NCBI RefSeq assembly: GCF_009914755.1
Contig: NC_060934.1
Origin: the human T2T-CHM13v2.0 reference genome, Homo sapiens
Strand: one strand, 5' to 3'
DNA length: 64,000 nt
Shown here piece after piece: positions 1-15,741 of the stretch; the first letter of the stretch is position 1; each line of letters starts with the position of its first letter. A program made the position numbers and the translations under genes. A model generated the notes under the pieces. It was not told the origin of the DNA. It saw only the letters and a list, made by a program, of their open reading frames with translations, and ran no database searches.

Positions 1-879
1 CAATATATAAAATAAATGAAATCAAATGCTGGTTCTGTGAAAAGATCAAACAGTTTATAAACATATAATTCAAATGATCAAGAAGAAAGTGAGAAGATAA
101 AATTACTGATGTCAGGAATGAAAACATGTCTTACAGAACTTAAAAATATAATGACAACATATTATGAATAACAGTATGACATTAAATTTGATGGCTTAAA
201 TGAAATGAGCTAATTCCTTGAAATGCATGTATTATCAAAGTTCATTTAAAAATAGTCTGAACAACCTTGTATCTACAAAGAAATTTATTTGCTGTTAAAA
301 GTCTCACAAAGAAAATTTCAAAACACAATGGCTTTATATGCTAATTCTACTAAACATTTAAAAAATAAATAATGCAAATGAAGATATAGTAAATATCTAA
401 GGAAGTGCTCTTATAAATTTTATACAAACTTTTCTGAAAAATTGAGTAGGAAACATTACCTAACTCATTATGAGACCCACTTTATTTTGACAGTAATACT
501 AGGCAAAGCCATTAGAAGAAAACTAACTGTAAACTAATATCTCACATGAGCTTAGATAAACAAATAAGAATATTTTAAAACAGCAAATCTGCTAATAAAT
601 AAGATAATATATGAGTACCAAATAGTAACAGTAACTATCCTAGGAATGCAAAATTGGTTTAACATTGCAAATCAATCAATCCACTTCACAAGGCTTATTA
701 CCAAACTAAAAAAAAAACAAACCCATATGATCATCACAACATACACAGAAAACAGTCTGACAAAAGTTAATACAAATTTATAAGAACTCTCAACAAAATA
801 ATAATAGATAACTTTTTCAAACTAATAGCAGGCCTGTATTTTAAAAACTGCTAATTTTTTATAACTCATGATAATATAA

Positions 880-1250
<371 letters not shown>

Positions 1251-1783
1251 TCAGCACTTCTATTCATTATTGCATTGTAGGTCCTAGCCCATGCTATCTG
1301 CAAAAATTTTTTTAAAGTCATAACGGCAAAGTAAAACTTTATTTTTTTTAATAAGTTAGTTTATATAGGTAAGCCTAAGCATTTATAACATACTACTCGA
1401 ACTAATAAATAAGTTTAGCAATGTCACAGGACTTAAGACTAATACATAAAATCAATTATATTTCTACTTGCTAGCAACAAAAATTAGAAATTAATATTTT
1501 AAAATACCTTTTAAAATGTCAAACAGCACCATATATTTTAGAATAAAATTAACAAAATAAGTGCAAGCATGCTAAATTGCAAACTACAAAATCTTTCTGA
1601 AAGAACTAAAAAAAATCTGTATGCAAAGATAAACTGCATTCAAAGACATGAAGATTCAATGTTGTAAAGATGTCAATTCCAACAAAGTGACTTGTAGATC
1701 CAAGACAATCCAAGTCAAAATCCCAGACATTTATTATTGCAGAAATTAACAACAGGAATCTAAAATTTCCATTGAATTTTAAC

Positions 1784-2539
1784 TGTTCAGGAAAAGAGTC
1801 AAACTCTGTAAAATATTTTAAGATATTTATTCTGCGCCAAATATGAGTGACCATGGCCCATGACACAGCCCTCAGGAGGTCCTGAGAACATGTGTCAAAG
1901 GTGGTTGGGATACAGCTTGGTTTTATATATTATAGGAAGGCATGAGACATCAATCAAACACATTTAAGAAATACATTGGTTTGGTTCAGAAAGACGGGAC
2001 AGCTCAAAGGATGGGGGCTTCCAGGCCATAGGTAAATTTAAACATGTTCTGGTTGACAATTGGTTGAGTTTATCTGAAGACCGGGGATCAATGGAAAGGA
2101 ATGTTCAGGTTAAAATAAAGAAAGGTTTGTGGAGACTAAGTATTATTGTGCAGAGGAATCTCTGAGATAGCAGATTTCAGAGAGAGGGCAGGTTGTAAAA
2201 TGTTTCATATCAGACCTAAAATGGTGCCTGGCTCTTAGTTGGTTATCTCCTGGGTCTGGAAAGGAAGGAAGGAAAAAAAGTGGAAAGGGGATATAGAATG
2301 TGGATTTTTCCCACAAGAGACTTTGGAGGGCAATTTCAAGGTATGGCAAGGAAATGTATTTTGGGGTAAAACATTTTGTTTTTCTTCCTTGTTATGCCAG
2401 AGTCAGCTTGGAAAGTAAGTCACGATATACAGGGTCAAATAAAACCCATCTGATGAGAATGTATGGTTTGTAGGTCATGACTCCCCAGACTCCTTAGACA
2501 GGAACTTGGGCAAGATAAAAAATCAGAGCTCAGTCCTCA
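1784..2539 (-). mobile_element. MER4-family (ERV1) solo LTR
   Basis: Reverse complement begins TGAGGACTGAGCTCTG and ends ...aaaatattttacagagtttgactcttttcctgaACA; MER4 core motif ttttaccccaaaa; imperfect 4-bp TSD taac/gaac. Confidence 0.85.
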
Positions 2540-2957
2540 GAACTAAACTAACCAGAACAATTTTGGATAGGAGTAACCAAGAGTAGGACGTGACTTAGTA
2601 AAAAAACAAAACAAACAAACAAAAAAACCCTACATTTTGGTTTTGACATAGGCTTAAATACACAGAGCAGTAGAAAAGAGAATCCAGAAATATACTCAAG
2701 TGTATATTTCTGTTGATATTATTGTTCAAGGTAATGCAAAGAGAAACAAATAATCAACAGATGGTTTTAGATCAATTGGAATACACTGAACCCCTCTCTT
2801 ACTCTAGGAACAAAAAACTAACTAGAAATGTATAACAGACAGAAATGTAAGAACCAAAATAATAAAACTTCCAAAAAAGTGTAAGCGTTCTTAGATAGGC
2901 TACAAAATAAAGAATTTACCAGAAAAAAATTAATACATTGTATTTTGTTAAAATTTA

Positions 2958-3335
<378 letters not shown>

Positions 3336-6300
3336 TTATATTTGCAAGATATATATCTGGTAAAGAATTACTTTCAGAATATATATTTTTAAAGTCTCAA
3401 TATTAAGAAGACACAAACCCAATAATAAAAATGAGTACATATTTGATTTCAAATTTTACCAAAGAACATTTACAAATATCAAGAAAACACAAGAAAATGT
3501 AAGTATCATTTCTCATGAAATTAAAGTCACACAGAATTTTTTATTCATCCACTAGAATGTCTAAAATTAAAAGGAAAATTCCCACAATACCAGGAACTGA
3601 TAAGATAATAGAGAAAGGGGAACTCTCATGTTTTGGGTGGGGGAATGCATACTGATACAGCCACTTTGGCAACATATTGTATATTTTTGTAAAATTAATA
3701 TACCATAGGATCCAGACCAAAAAAATATGTTCACACAAAGCTGTTTATGCGTATGTGCATAACAGCTTTATTCTTTACCATGAAAACTAAAAAGAATGTA
3801 AATATTCATCAACATGTGAATGGAGAAACAAATTGTCTTATACAATGGATTACTATTCAGCAAAAAGGAAACCCAAGAAAAAGAACAAAAAACAGACACA
3901 GTCAATAACGTGAATTAATCTTTATTAAGCTATGTGAAAGAAGCCCTATACAAACAACTACATATGTTGTGATTTAATTTATATTAAATTCTAAGAAAAG
4001 CAAACTACAAGGACAGAAAGCAGATCAGAGGTTGCCAGGAGATAAGAGCAAAATATAAAGCTGACTGCAGAAGGGCACAGCAGAATTGTTTTTGTGTTAA
4101 TTAAAACATCTTATAATTATTTTGATATTTAAACAATATAAAGTTCAAACACATTGAATTGTATACTTAAAATTGGTGAGTTGTATTCTATGTAAATTAT
4201 ACCTCAGTGAAGCTTAAATAAAGCTTATTTTGTAAAATAACAGCACTTGTTTACATTTTGAATTAGTACAGTTCTTGAATCTTTATTAGACACTTAGATG
4301 TATCAATTTGTTATATTTTCCTACAAAGTAATATAACATATGCAATAGATCTTTTGTTTCTAAGACAAAATTTGGATTAGGTATTTATTTAATATATATT
4401 TTATTAACACTGACTTTTTAATAGCATCATATTAAGTGGAAAATACAGCTTTAGTGTTACTAAATCACATACCCTTAAAAGAGAAAATAAGTCGTTAAGG
4501 GGATTTTGGTTAAGTTTGAAGTCTGACTTATTTTTACCTAGCAACCAAAAGGTTACCATTATTAATTTTATGTTGCAGTCTCCTAGAATCCTGTAAAAAG
4601 AATAAAAGTACAATATTATGTAAGTCAAAAAAGAACAGAAATTAAAAGATTAAAAATCTAATGGATGATGAACATTTTAAAAATTCATGTCCAAAATCAT
4701 GATTTATTTCCAATTAATTATCCCTCATGCTAAACTATTGTTAATTAGAATTTTACATGCTTTGGTGGTTTTGTTTGTGATTAATTTGTAAATGTATTTT
4801 GATTTTATAACTGAATAAACACTCTGCAAAAGGTGTTGAAAATTTATACATAGGACATTAATGTTGAAATAAATATAATTTGTCATTATTCAGGAAATAA
4901 TATGATTTTATTTTGTTAAAATGACCCAAATATTGTTCAAGTTTGAGGAAAACTGGTGAATAGAAATAGGATTTTATATATATAATGTATATGTATATGT
5001 GTATAGTATATTTACACAATACTTTTCTCTCGACAAAAACAGGATTTTATATTATTTTCTCTTCAAAATTTACTATGTGAAGAGATACTTTTTCGGCATT
5101 GTTCTAAAATAGGTACTGTGACTTTGAGCAAGATCAATATGCCCAAGTTTATTGATGGTAAAATAAAAATTATGCTCGATTCCTCATGTTCACTGTTTTT
5201 CTCACTAGAAAATGATTTAAAGTGACAGAGAGTTGAAAGCACTGCATTTCTGTATCATGTTTTTGGAAAATATTTTCATGTCATGGATTCCATAGGGTAT
5301 TCAGTGGAAAATATGAAAAAAAAAAGAAAAAAAATAACCAAGGGCAAAGAAAATAACCATATGCTTCCTGTAGCCTTTTTTATTGCTCTGTTTTATTTTG
5401 TATTCTTACATGATTGATTACCCTGAAGTGGTGATTATTATCATAGGTTTGCTAATAGGAGAGCTTTGAAAAGAAGAAAAGCAATTGTACAGGGATTTGC
5501 ACTATTTACACATTGTTTAACTGATCCTCTTTGGAAAAAAACAAAATGTTGCCTAGCTGTTAGACAAAACAGGGTCTCCCTGTCATTGATATAATTTTTC
5601 TCTTTGTGAGAGGATCTGCAATGCATTAGAATTTCAAAATACTACATAACAACATCAGTTGAAAAGCTCCCATATAACACATCACGTATCACACACGCAC
5701 ATACACATGCTACTGCTGCTTTACCAAAATGAGTTCTTATTTCAAAGAAAACATTTTATAATGATTTAGTTTCCAAATGCTCGTAACAGTTTGTCATTTA
5801 GTATAGCTCATTTTAATATTTTGCTTTCTGGATGCATGTTGACTCCCCATATACCTGTAGTTAGCATGCAAAATTTATCCTTTATATTTTATCAATTGTT
5901 TATGAAGCTGACAGATTTATGTCAGCAACTGCTTTACTTAGAGATCTAACATTTCGAGCTCTCATAGTTTCTAGTTGAAATAGTATGGCATGCAGCCAAA
6001 CAATCATAGACCATAATGTATTTAGCTTTTGTGAGTTGTACTAAAAATAAAGACAAAAATTACTTCCATCGTTGTTTCCATGATGATTATGATTACCTTA
6101 TACACTTTCTGTATTTACTGTAATGACAAATAATGCCTTTCATAAAAAAAATTTTTCCAAAAATTTACCTTCCATTTAATTTTTGACCAATTAGTCAGAA
6201 GTTATATCATTTTTTCAAATAACTTTGAAGAGGATTTACAGAGACCCTTACAAAAGCACATCGCTTACCGCTTAGCATGGTGGACTGTGGTCAGATAATA

Positions 6301-7760
6301 TTGATGAACTGCTGTCAGCTAGGAGTGTTGAGAGTTAGTTGATGGTTTAATTTGATGTGGAACAAAAGAAAGAAAGGGAGGAGTTGCTGTTTATTTGAGG
6401 AAAAGATGTCTAATATCAAAAAAGGGTGAGACAGGAAAAAATTTCTAGCATTAAATGATTTTCAAAAAAAAGAAAGGAACAAACACTCATCATTTGGAAT
6501 CATCAATTATGTGCTAAAGATCACAGAAGCTATAATATGCTTCTACTAGGTCTACTGTTCTTTAATCTTCATAAGCTCAAAAGTTGGGCCTACATTTTTA
6601 ATGTTTTTCTTATGAAAACTGTAAAAATACAAAACTAGTAAAAAGATAATGAGTATGAGTATATAAATCTTTCTTAAAATGAAGTCACAAAAACTTGCTC
6701 ATGTAATTAACCATAATTTTAAACTAATACTGTATTTCAAGCAAGCTGAAATAAGAAAACAATAAAGGCTACAAAAACAGCACAAATCAGAATTAATAAC
6801 TTAGAAATGAGATAAACAAAGACACGTTATTAAAAATTAGAACTGTCAGTACTCACAAGAGATAACAAGAAAAATTTCAATATTGAAAACAAAATAATAA
6901 AAGCATACCTACAGAAGATCACATAAACACCACATACAATTCTTATTAGAAACAGAAGTTGAAAGGAGGAAAATGAAAGTAAATTAGAAAGCTATTGAGA
7001 AAAAGATAAAAATAATTTTAGAGAAATAGATATATTTTAATATAGATAATTACTCATTAAAAAACTATTCTGTAAATTATAAATAAATAAGGAGAGATTA
7101 ACATTCCTGGTTTGAAAATTTTGTGGAACTGGCACATTTCAGTTTGAGGAAACACCAAATACATCTTTTTCTGATCACTTTGGATTTAAGAAAGCATAAA
7201 TTTATAAACAAATTTTAGCAGTTAACCTTTTCAAATATGGAAGAGATTTTGCTCAAAACATGGTGAACAATTAGTGTTAATTCAAAAATAATTCACTTCA
7301 GTAATGAGAAGCAAAATTGTGATTGAGGGGCAGTAAGAACCAAGAAAGTGGGAGCTGGGGACAAGAAACCACTAGAATTAGTATGGCCTAAAATAGAAAG
7401 CCCCTGTACATAAGGGCTAAGATTTTTTTATCTTAGCTTACTGTCTTCATTTACTTGCTATCTTACCCTTCTACCACAGGGACTGGTTTCACAGCCATTG
7501 TTCCTTTGGCCATTACCTAGTACTCCTAATTGCATTTCTTTTTTCACTGCTTCATAAAGATTCCCTAACTCTTCCCTAAAGAAAACATACAGTCCCTTTG
7601 AACCCTTCTTAGGCTGTGGTTTTTGTAAAAATGAATAATGGTAATAATGTAAAATTATAATGATAATTGCACAATTAGCCGAAGATATATAATGTTTTTA
7701 TGTGATGACTAAGAAGTCAAAGGTCACCCACATAAGCCAAAAAGCAAGAGGTATATTTAA

Positions 7761-8103
<343 letters not shown>

Positions 8104-8433
8104 CTAGTTCTGCTTTGCTAGGATTTCATCCCAGTTCCTAGAGGAAAAGTCGTGGAAGTGATGAGTAGAGTTGTCCTAAAGCTGTGGGCAAGAACTGGTT
8201 AGGGATGTAGACATCGTGGAGCTGTATGGGAGGAATGATCCCAAATACACTTTACCTTTGCTACATTAATGTCACCATCCTGCCACTGTAGCTTTCGTGG
8301 TATGATAATCTAATCTCAAAGTAGGAAGCAGGTAAGAGTTTAGGTTAAGAGAGTAGTGAGCAAAAGAGAGCATAAAAGATATAATCTAAAGTAAATTTAA
8401 ATAAAAAGGAATTTTACATTTCCTGAGTGTCTT

Positions 8434-8759
8434 CGTCTTCTTCTTCTTCTTTTTTTTTTTTTTTTTTTTTTGTCTTTTTGAGACAGGGTCTCACTCCAGT
8501 GCCCAGGATGAAGTGCAGTGGTGCAATCATGGCTCATTCCAGCCTCGAATTCCCAGATTTAAGTGATCCTCCCACCTCAGCCTCTCAAGTAGCTAGGATT
8601 ACAAGCACACACCACCATACTCAGCTATTTTTTGTATTTGTTGTAGATGGGGTTTTGTCATGTTGCCCAGTCTGTTCTCGAACTCCTGGGCTGAAGTTAT
8701 CCTCCCATCTTGGCCTCCCAAAGTGCTGGGATTACAGGTGTGAGCTGCCATGCCTTGTT
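8434..8759 (-). mobile_element. AluJ
   Basis: (CTT)n/poly-T head; J-type gagacagggtctcact, atcatggctca, gatcctcccacctcagcc, ctcctgggct. Confidence 0.92.
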
Positions 8760-8767
8760 GTCTTTTA

Positions 8768-9190
8768 AGCAGAGCCTTAGTCAAATGTTTGAGTTCAGGT
8801 AGTTTATTTGAGACTTCATCCAAAGAAGCAATAAAGAGAGAGCTGAGATAGTTATGGAGGAAAGAAAGATGTATTACTGAGAATACCATGGTAGGCCACA
8901 ACTATGCTTTATGCAGGGCCTCTAAGAAATTTGCAAGATATCTCCCTGTATGATCCATCAAACTGATGGGAAGTTAAGAATTGCCCCTAGTTAATTGCCT
9001 CCCATTTACAATCTGTGCTTTTGCATATGCTGAGCCTCTATATGGCTTCCCCCAGAAAAGGCCCTGAGGCAGAAAAATGGGATATCAGGTGCAGAGCCAT
9101 GATGGAGTGGGCCACTGTTAGTGACACCTAGAAGCATCTATCACAACTGTGGCCGAACAAGGAGATGAGCCAAGAGGATGTGACTCTAGC
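8768..9190 (-). mobile_element. LTR33-like ERVL LTR fragment
   Basis: aagcagagcctt...caggtagtttatttgag...atccaaagaagc resembles the recalled LTR33 antisense consensus; highly diverged. Confidence 0.5.
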
Positions 9191-9269
9191 TAGGCTTGGC
9201 TTCCCTAAATATGGAATTGTCTGTAATTTGAATGCCAAAAGATTGTGAGGTAATAGAAATATAGCCCAA

Positions 9270-9600
9270 TTTATTTGTTTATCTATTTAACCTATATTTA
9301 TCAGGTACCTGTTATCTGTCAGACACTGTTGTTTGGAAATAACACAAGATGAGCAAGCTCCTATTTTCTTGGAGTTCATAATGCAATAGGCACAGTGGAG
9401 ATGGATGACAGCAATCAAATCACAGTGGGATAAATGTCATAGTAAGGGCCATATAGGGTATAAATGAAACTCAGGAGGAATTGGCATGCACTGAAATGGG
9501 TGACACATGGTTGCTTGGAGAAATGATTTCTAAACTAAGCATGAAAATGTAGTTGGAATTACATAAGCAATCACAGAGTGGAATACTTTTCAGTAGGAAG
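9270..9600 (-). mobile_element. L2 3' fragment
   Basis: tatttatcaggtacctgttatctgtcagacactgt ... ttcttggagttcataat ... cttggagaaatgatttctaaactaag resembles the antisense L2 3' end. Confidence 0.6.
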
Positions 9601-10006
9601 AAAATAAAGCTTTCTAATTCCTACATGACCATTTATATAGGAGTGTTTTTATATTTTGTATCCAGCTTTGAAGTGGACAAGTACCAGTTTACTCCAGAGC
9701 TTAGTATGCATTAAATGCTTAATATGTGTTAACTTTTTTATCACCACATCGTCATCATCCTAGCATCATTGATATCTTGTGAGTTTCTCCATGGTTTTCT
9801 TAAAAAAAAAAAAAAAAAAGAAAGGCCCTGAAGAAGAAAATAGCAATAGCAACATTAGGTGCAGAGCCATGATGAAATGAGCCGCTTGTCAGTAAGACTC
9901 AGAAAGTCTCAGAAAACACCAGGACACCAGAATCCCGTTGCTGGTGGGATGTCCCAAGAAAATGGAGAGGTAAGAGTTAGCAGTCATAGAGATTGACAAG
10001 GGCCTA

Positions 10007-10354
<348 letters not shown>

Positions 10355-10429
10355 CTATAATATATGCAAATACATCATAAAAAACAGCCAAGAGTCCAGG
10401 GTTCATCATCAGGGAGGCTTTGTTTCAGT

Positions 10430-10626
10430 TGAGTCTCCTTTTATATCAGCTTTGTGATCTTAACAATAAAGCCTCTATATACTTCAATTTCTGAAACTGC
10501 AAGATGTTTCTATTACTTATATCCAGTTCACAAAATAGTTATAAGGGTTAAAAAATATCATTCAGGCACAGCATTTAACATAGTACCTGAGCCATCCTTA
10601 GTTGTAAATGAATGTTAGTTATTATT
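10430..10626 (+). mobile_element. MIR
   Basis: gctttgtgatcttaa..cttcaatttct..ctgcaagatg..gcatttaacatagtacctg..aatgttagttattatt: MIR core and 3' end. Confidence 0.65.
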
Positions 10627-10777
10627 TCCTCTGTTTTTAAATACTCAAATGAGGTGAACACCCAAGCTTCTAAAAATATTTTGAAGGGTAGTATTTTTCT
10701 CTGGTATTATATAAGACTGACCCTCACTTCTAAAAGTTACAGTATTAATTATTTTTCCTGAAAATTGCTTTCAATAA

Positions 10778-11107
<330 letters not shown>

Positions 11108-11629
11108 AATAATTCTTATTCTCTTCATGTTTGTTTGTTTAACTTATAAGCACTTTAGACATCCATAAAATTGAATTTGTTGTGAGCTTCTCAGACTGAA
11201 GCAATTCGTAGTGTGACAGAAGCAGGTACCTTCAGTTAGATTTGACCAAAGTTATACTCAAAGTGCTTGATCACTGGTCCTGAGTCAAGATTAGTCACCC
11301 ACTCTAATCACATTGAGAATGACCTTCACGATTAAACATAGCATATATTGTGTATCTTCGTGCTAAAAGGCATGCCGGAAGCCAGGCAGCAAAATCAAAT
11401 GATAATGCCAACTCTACTCTCTACCACCACTGTTGAGGGGCTAATTTTGTCATCAGTGTGTACATGCTTAGAGAGTAGGGTACAAAGGTGCTTATTAGTT
11501 AACGTAGACTATGCTAGCGCAGGACAGCCATTTAACTTTGATGTTACTCTGATATCAGAGAAAACAGTTTGGCCAATTCATTCATTGTGTACCACAGATT
11601 ACTTTGATATTTATTTTCAAATAAAATTG

Positions 11630-12307
11630 CTCCTCATGTCCTACTTTCCAGTTCTGCTTTTAGCAAATCTTGCCTGAGCAGTCTCATCACAATAATTAAA
11701 TAAGTTTACACAGCTCAATTTAGACGATGTCATTGTCCTGTTCAAACTCCTCTACAACTTCCTGAAATAAAATGCTTATCATTCAGGCTGGCGTAGTCCT
11801 TCACAATCTGACCATACCCAACCTGCCACTTTTCTTTTCTTGTCCCTCATATTATAATGAATATCTTGTATCTACACGTTGCACTGCCCTATGATTATTT
11901 CTCAAATATGTTATTTAATTTCACTTTTCCAACTTTCCACACACAGTTTCGTTCCAACGAAAACTTTGAACCTTTATTTTCTCTGTCTATAGACAGTCTG
12001 CTGATTTCTGCAAGCCTACCTGAAAGGTAACCTTCTCCACATAAGTTGTGCCGGCTGCTTTAGGCAAACAAACAAAAATAAACCTGCTTTTCCCTCAACA
12101 CTGTGCCTATATCTTTTTATTATAGTACAAAACATTTGCCCAATATAACCGAATTTGGTGCATTTCAGTCTATGCATTTCATTTTATTGTAAAATGTTGA
12201 TATTAAAGGCCATATCTGCTTGCTTTAGTGAGTACTAGTTCTGCAATTCAGCCTGGTGCTTTGCACATACTAGGCACTCCAGCAACAATAAAATGTTTGC
12301 TAAAATA
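11630..12307 (+). mobile_element. L2 3' region
   Basis: gatgtcattgtcctgttcaaactcctct, ccttcacaatctgacc, and a terminal gcacatactaggcactc..aaatgtttgctaaat-like motif. Confidence 0.6.
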
Positions 12308-13299
12308 GCTCATTTACAATAAAATGCTAATTCAGATTATCTTCAGCTGAATACATTTAAAATATTTACACATATTGAAAGGGATCATCTGTGATATAAT
12401 TGTTTATTGGTGAATTCTTTCTGGCTTAAAGAGATTAGCAGCCCCTCCCCTGTCCAAGCAGGAAACTGATGATGCCAAAAGAAACTTTGCCCTCAGGACA
12501 CTGGGATGATTGCAGAGACAGACCTTCATGGACTTTGGCCAGCAGAAGTTTCCTGGCTATTATTATCTTGAAACATCTAAAAACATAAATTTATGCTTTT
12601 ATAAAAAGAGAGTTATTAAAAAATGTTTATAGACAATGTGTCTAAATGACCTTTTGTTAATTATGTGGGTTGCAGAAAAATACATTTTGTTCTGAATTTG
12701 ATTTTACATCCCTCATATTCACTTTAGTCAATAGAAGTTTCTCTCACACACAAAAAAGGTCTTATTAATGAAGTGTCAGTAAAACCAATACTGTGTTGCT
12801 TAAAATAAGAAGAGAATATTCTTTCATTTCCTAACAAAAGTTATTATGAAATTTAGGCACCTGAGCTTTACCTAAAACGTAGGACAGAAAAAAATAATAA
12901 GAGCCTATTCAGATCAGAGGTTCCATTTCAGATTTTAAAATCTTTGTCTACCCAGATCATTTGTAATGTATCACAATAAGTTTGTTACTAATATCAAACT
13001 ACTTAGGTTTACAAATGATATCTCTTTTAATAACAAGAAACACTATCACCAAATCATTTGTGTTGAATTTCAAGGGGAAAAATGCTGGTGTGTTTACACA
13101 TAAAGAACTGTAAAACAGTCTTTACTTCTTCATAAGAAGTACTGAGAGATACAAGTCTTTTGAAATTATTTAATTCTTTTCAGGAGACTACTTATGTATG
13201 CACAATCAAATTACCAGAAAATTGTTGAATGTACACATTGTCGAGATAACTATTTTATATAGAATTAAAAATTTTTTTTGATTTTTAGAATAGTTCACA

Positions 13300-13643
13300 C
13301 AATTGCCCCTCATAGTACAATGGGGTTATAACCTCATAAACACGTAATGAGTTGAAAATGTTGTTAAGTCAAAAATGCACTTAATACATCTAACCTACAT
13401 CATAGCCTAGCACGGCCTACGTTAAACATGCTCAGAACACTTCACATTAGCCTACAGTTGGGCAACATTATCTAACACCAGCCTATTTTAAAATAAAGAG
13501 TTGACTAGCTCATGTAATTTATTGAATACTATGTTGAAAGTGAAAAACAATGGTTGTATAGGTACTCAAAGTATGCTTTCTAATGAATGCATATCACTTT
13601 CATACCATCATAAATTGAAAAATTGTTAGTCAGGAACTGTCTG
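13300..13643 (+). mobile_element. MER47A (TcMar-Tigger non-autonomous DNA transposon)
   Basis: Near full-length match to the recalled consensus (aaacatgctcagaacacttcacattagcctacagttgggcaa; gaaagtgaaaaacaatggttgta); ends ..gtctg followed by TA. Confidence 0.88.
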
Positions 13644-13734
13644 TATAGTATTGAAAAGATGAACAATCATATATTACAAAATAATGTAAGTTTAAATAAT
13701 ACATAAAGGAATAAGTTATATATGCTAGAAATAC

Positions 13735-13792
13735 TATATATGTATTTATACATATATATATTTAGAGACAGAGAGAGAGAAAGAAAGAGAGA
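13735..13792. repeat. (TA)n/(GA)n low-complexity tract
   Basis: tatatatgtatttatacatatatata..gagagagagaaagaaagagaga. Confidence 0.7.
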
Positions 13793-15210
13793 CCTGAATT
13801 AAATGAAATAGCACACTCAAGACATCTGGGATACTTTGGTCTGTGCCTACCCGTGGTCAAAATGAACAAACAACAACAAAAAACAAAATAAGAGAGAAGG
13901 AAGGAAGGAAAAGAAACACAGAGTATTTGTAACAATAAATTTTATCTCCAAGAAAATTATGACTACTTTGGGAAAATTTATTAATTCTATCCTTCCAAAT
14001 GAGAGCTTTATGATGACTGGGATGATAAATATTCTATTTTTGTTTTTTTGCATGGCTAACACCAAATATAGTAGCAGATAATTAATAAACCATTGTCATA
14101 AATAAATAAATAACAAATTTTTCCTTTTATTGGCCCTCTATATTACACTTGCTTTGATCTTATTACACCTGGCCTAGCTAATCTACAATGTCAAGTTTGG
14201 ATCCTGTCCTACCCAATATGTTCTTTAATTCCATGCTATAGATTGGACCAAGTATATATGTGGAAGGTTTCCACTTAGACTGGAGGGTAGACTTAAAACT
14301 ACTTTCCTATAACTAGTCAATACATCTCCAAATATAGTAGATATTACCTCAGTTTGATTTTCCTCTGTTACTTAGTTTCTACTCTAAAACTAAAAATCTA
14401 TATTTAATCATCAATTTCTGCTGATACTTAGATATAAACAATCTCACTAGTGATTTATATTTTCCATCACTATAGACTTTTTTGTTTCATTGAATTACAT
14501 GATCATTTATCAAAAGTTCCATGTAAGAAAAATAATGCAAACAACATATTGTAACAAGTAGAATCAGGTACCTGCTTGCTACAGTGCATTGGCCATCATT
14601 TTTATAGTATTTTAAAACAGTTTTTAAAAATCATTAAGCATTTTGCATTGTTACTATTTAAAAATGCTTTAAAAATAAAATTAATTTTTCATACATCATA
14701 ACTATATTCTAAGCATGATAGCATTTGTTAAAGAAAACCCAAAGAAATATTAGAAATAGCTTAACCTTTAAGGTTCTTGCAGTATATTGCATATAAAAGA
14801 CTAATTTATGTGGCAAAATAAACAAACAACATGAAACAGAATACATTATTTGATACAACTGTCATAAAAATTCTAAAAGAATATGAAGATAAATAGACAT
14901 TAATTAAAATAATCTTTCAGTGGGTTGTAAGTGTGAAATATGTACTGATTAATGAACTAAATAAAGTTATTAATATGTATGAGAAGCTGAGATTAAAATA
15001 GTAAGAGAAAAAAAGCATATATTACTGCCCTCCCTGGAGATTATTACTTAATGGAAGTGATAAATTTTAATAAAACACAATACAGATAAAGCCAAATTCA
15101 CAACTACATTACATGTCAAAAGGACAGTGACCTTGTGCTATATTACAGCATATCAAAGGATTGTGACACAGTTAAGAATATCAAACAGGTTTTCAAAAAA
15201 AATGTGATGG

Positions 15211-15741
15211 TGTCGTACAGTTATCTGACTGACATCTTTGTCCAACCCACTTTCCCCTTTCTTTGCCTCTACAATCAAGACTTCTTTGGGAGTTAGATTT
15301 TCTTGAAACTAGACTTGATTGTCTAGCTGATAGTTTCAGTTAATGAACTGAGAAATGTTAGAGTTCCAGACTTAAACTGAAGTTAAATTGGCACAACCCA
15401 TTCTTTTCTTTCTAACATCTATAACATAGATGTGATTCCTTATGCTACAACAGCTATTTTGCCTCCTCCTTGAGTTAAACATACACACATAAACACACAT
15501 ACTCTCTCTCTCACACACACACATATACAGATACACAGACACACATACGACATATCAGGGATGACAAAATGTAAAAAAAAAAAATCTAATTTTGAGTATA
15601 TTGTTTACCCCCTGAATCAGTCCCAGATTGCCTACTTCCACATCTTCTTATGTGAGATTTTTTAATGGATCTATTGCATAAGGCACTATTAATTGAGTTG
15701 CTGTTATGCACAGTCTAAAACTTTGATTCACTGATCATACA
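15211..15741 (+). mobile_element. Old MaLR LTR (MLT1J/K/L-like) with internal (CA)n/(CT)n tract
   Basis: gatgtgattccttatgctacaacagctattttg; ctgaatcagtcccagattgcctacttccacatcttcttatgtgaga; ends ctgatcataca. Confidence 0.6.

Noticed and set aside
7416-7437. Hairpin gctaagat-T-loop-atcttagc
   Set aside because: An 8-bp stem is expected by chance in 64 kb of AT-rich DNA.
11348-11677. 109-aa ORF in mostly unique sequence
   Set aside because: TTG start, no recognisable domain, no convincing exon context; length is compatible with chance.
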